64,000 nt of DNA, taken from NCBI GenBank assembly GCA_038087875.1, contig CM075983.1, forward strand, positions 36,394,001-36,458,000, given 5' to 3'. Shown here piece after piece: positions 63,184 to 64,000 of this stretch; the first letter of the stretch is position 1; each line of letters begins with the position of its first letter. Under the pieces are notes generated by a model. It did not search any database, was not told the origin of the DNA, and worked only from the letters and a program-made list of their open reading frames with translations. A program made the translations under genes and the position numbers. This stretch comes from Malacoraja senta. Lineage: Eukaryota.

Positions 63184-64000
63184 AAACATAGAAACATAGA
63201 AAATATGTGCAGGAGTATGCCATTCGGCCCTTCGAGCCTGCACCACCATTCAATATGATCATCGCTGATCATCCAACTCAGTATCCTGTACCTGCCTTCT
63301 CTCCATACCCCCTGATCTCTTTAGCCACAAGGGCCACATCTAATTCCCTCTTAAATATAGCCAATGAAATGGCCTCAACTACCTTCTGTGGCAGAGAATT
63401 CCACAGATTTACCACTCTCTGTGTGAAAAATGTTTTTCTCATCTCGGTCCTAAAAGACTTCCCACTTATCCTTAAACTGTGACCCCTTGTTCTGGACATC
63501 CATAACATCGGGAACAATCTTCCTGCATCTAGCCTGTCCAACCCCTTAGGAATTTCCATAAGATCCCCCCTCAATCTTCTAAATTCTAGCGAGTACATGC
63601 CAAGTCTATCCAGTCTTTCTTCATATGAAAGTCCTGTCATCCCAGGAAACAGTCTGGTGAACCTTCTTTCAGAAGGCTTTCGACAAGGTCCCACACAAGA
63701 GATTAGTATGCAAACTTAAAGCACACGGTATTGGGGGTTCAGTATTGATGTGGATAGAGAACTGGCTGGCAGACAGGAAGCAAAGAGTAGGAGTAAATGG
63801 GTCCTTTTCAGAATGGCAGGCAGTGACTAGTGGGGTACCGCAAGGCTCAGTGCTGGGACCCCAGCTATTTACAATATATAAATGATCTGGATGAGGGAAT
63901 TGAATGCAACATCTCCAAGTTTGCGGATGACACGAAGCTTGGGGGCAGTGTTAACTGTGAGGAGGATGCTAGGAGGCTGCAAGGTGACTTGGATAGGTTG
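63184..64000 (-). mobile_element. Young CR1 (HER1-like) with internal inversion: 3' end on minus (63184-63667), upstream RT on plus (63668 to window end)
   Basis: Minus: RRFTRLFPG...GTGY* and tail. Plus: FQKAFDKVPHKRLVCKLKAHGIGG...[10 protein letters not shown]...SKFADD. Confidence 0.95.

Overview
Vertebrate genomic DNA. The repeat content (HE1/V-SINEs, HER1-like CR1 LINEs, a SacSINE-like remnant) points to a cartilaginous fish, possibly a skate or ray; this is an inference. The only supported host gene is protocadherin-19 (PCDH19) on the minus strand. One large coding exon (about 11663 to 9207) encodes the signal peptide, six cadherin repeats, the TM helix and the proximal cytoplasmic tail. 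It lies in a CpG-rich region with a predicted 5'UTR intron and uORFs. Positions 1-9206 are the start of the next intron, and about 12.4-64 kb is TE-rich upstream DNA: CR1, Rex/Babar and L1-like LINE fragments, SINEs, Harbinger-like MITEs, an unclassified 1-kb TIR element and many Penelope-like (Neptune-type RT + GIY-YIG) pieces. The most notable hidden structure is in the Penelope pseudo-LTRs, which carry a minimal hammerhead-ribozyme core (CUGAnGA-A-GGG-loop-CCC-GAAA-CG-UH). Several ~160-250-bp fold-back insertions made of two inverted pLTR pieces have that core in the loop, and four of them have their own 9-16-bp target-site duplications. Repeat family names come from recognising motifs by eye, not from database searches. 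Boundaries of old repeats are approximate.
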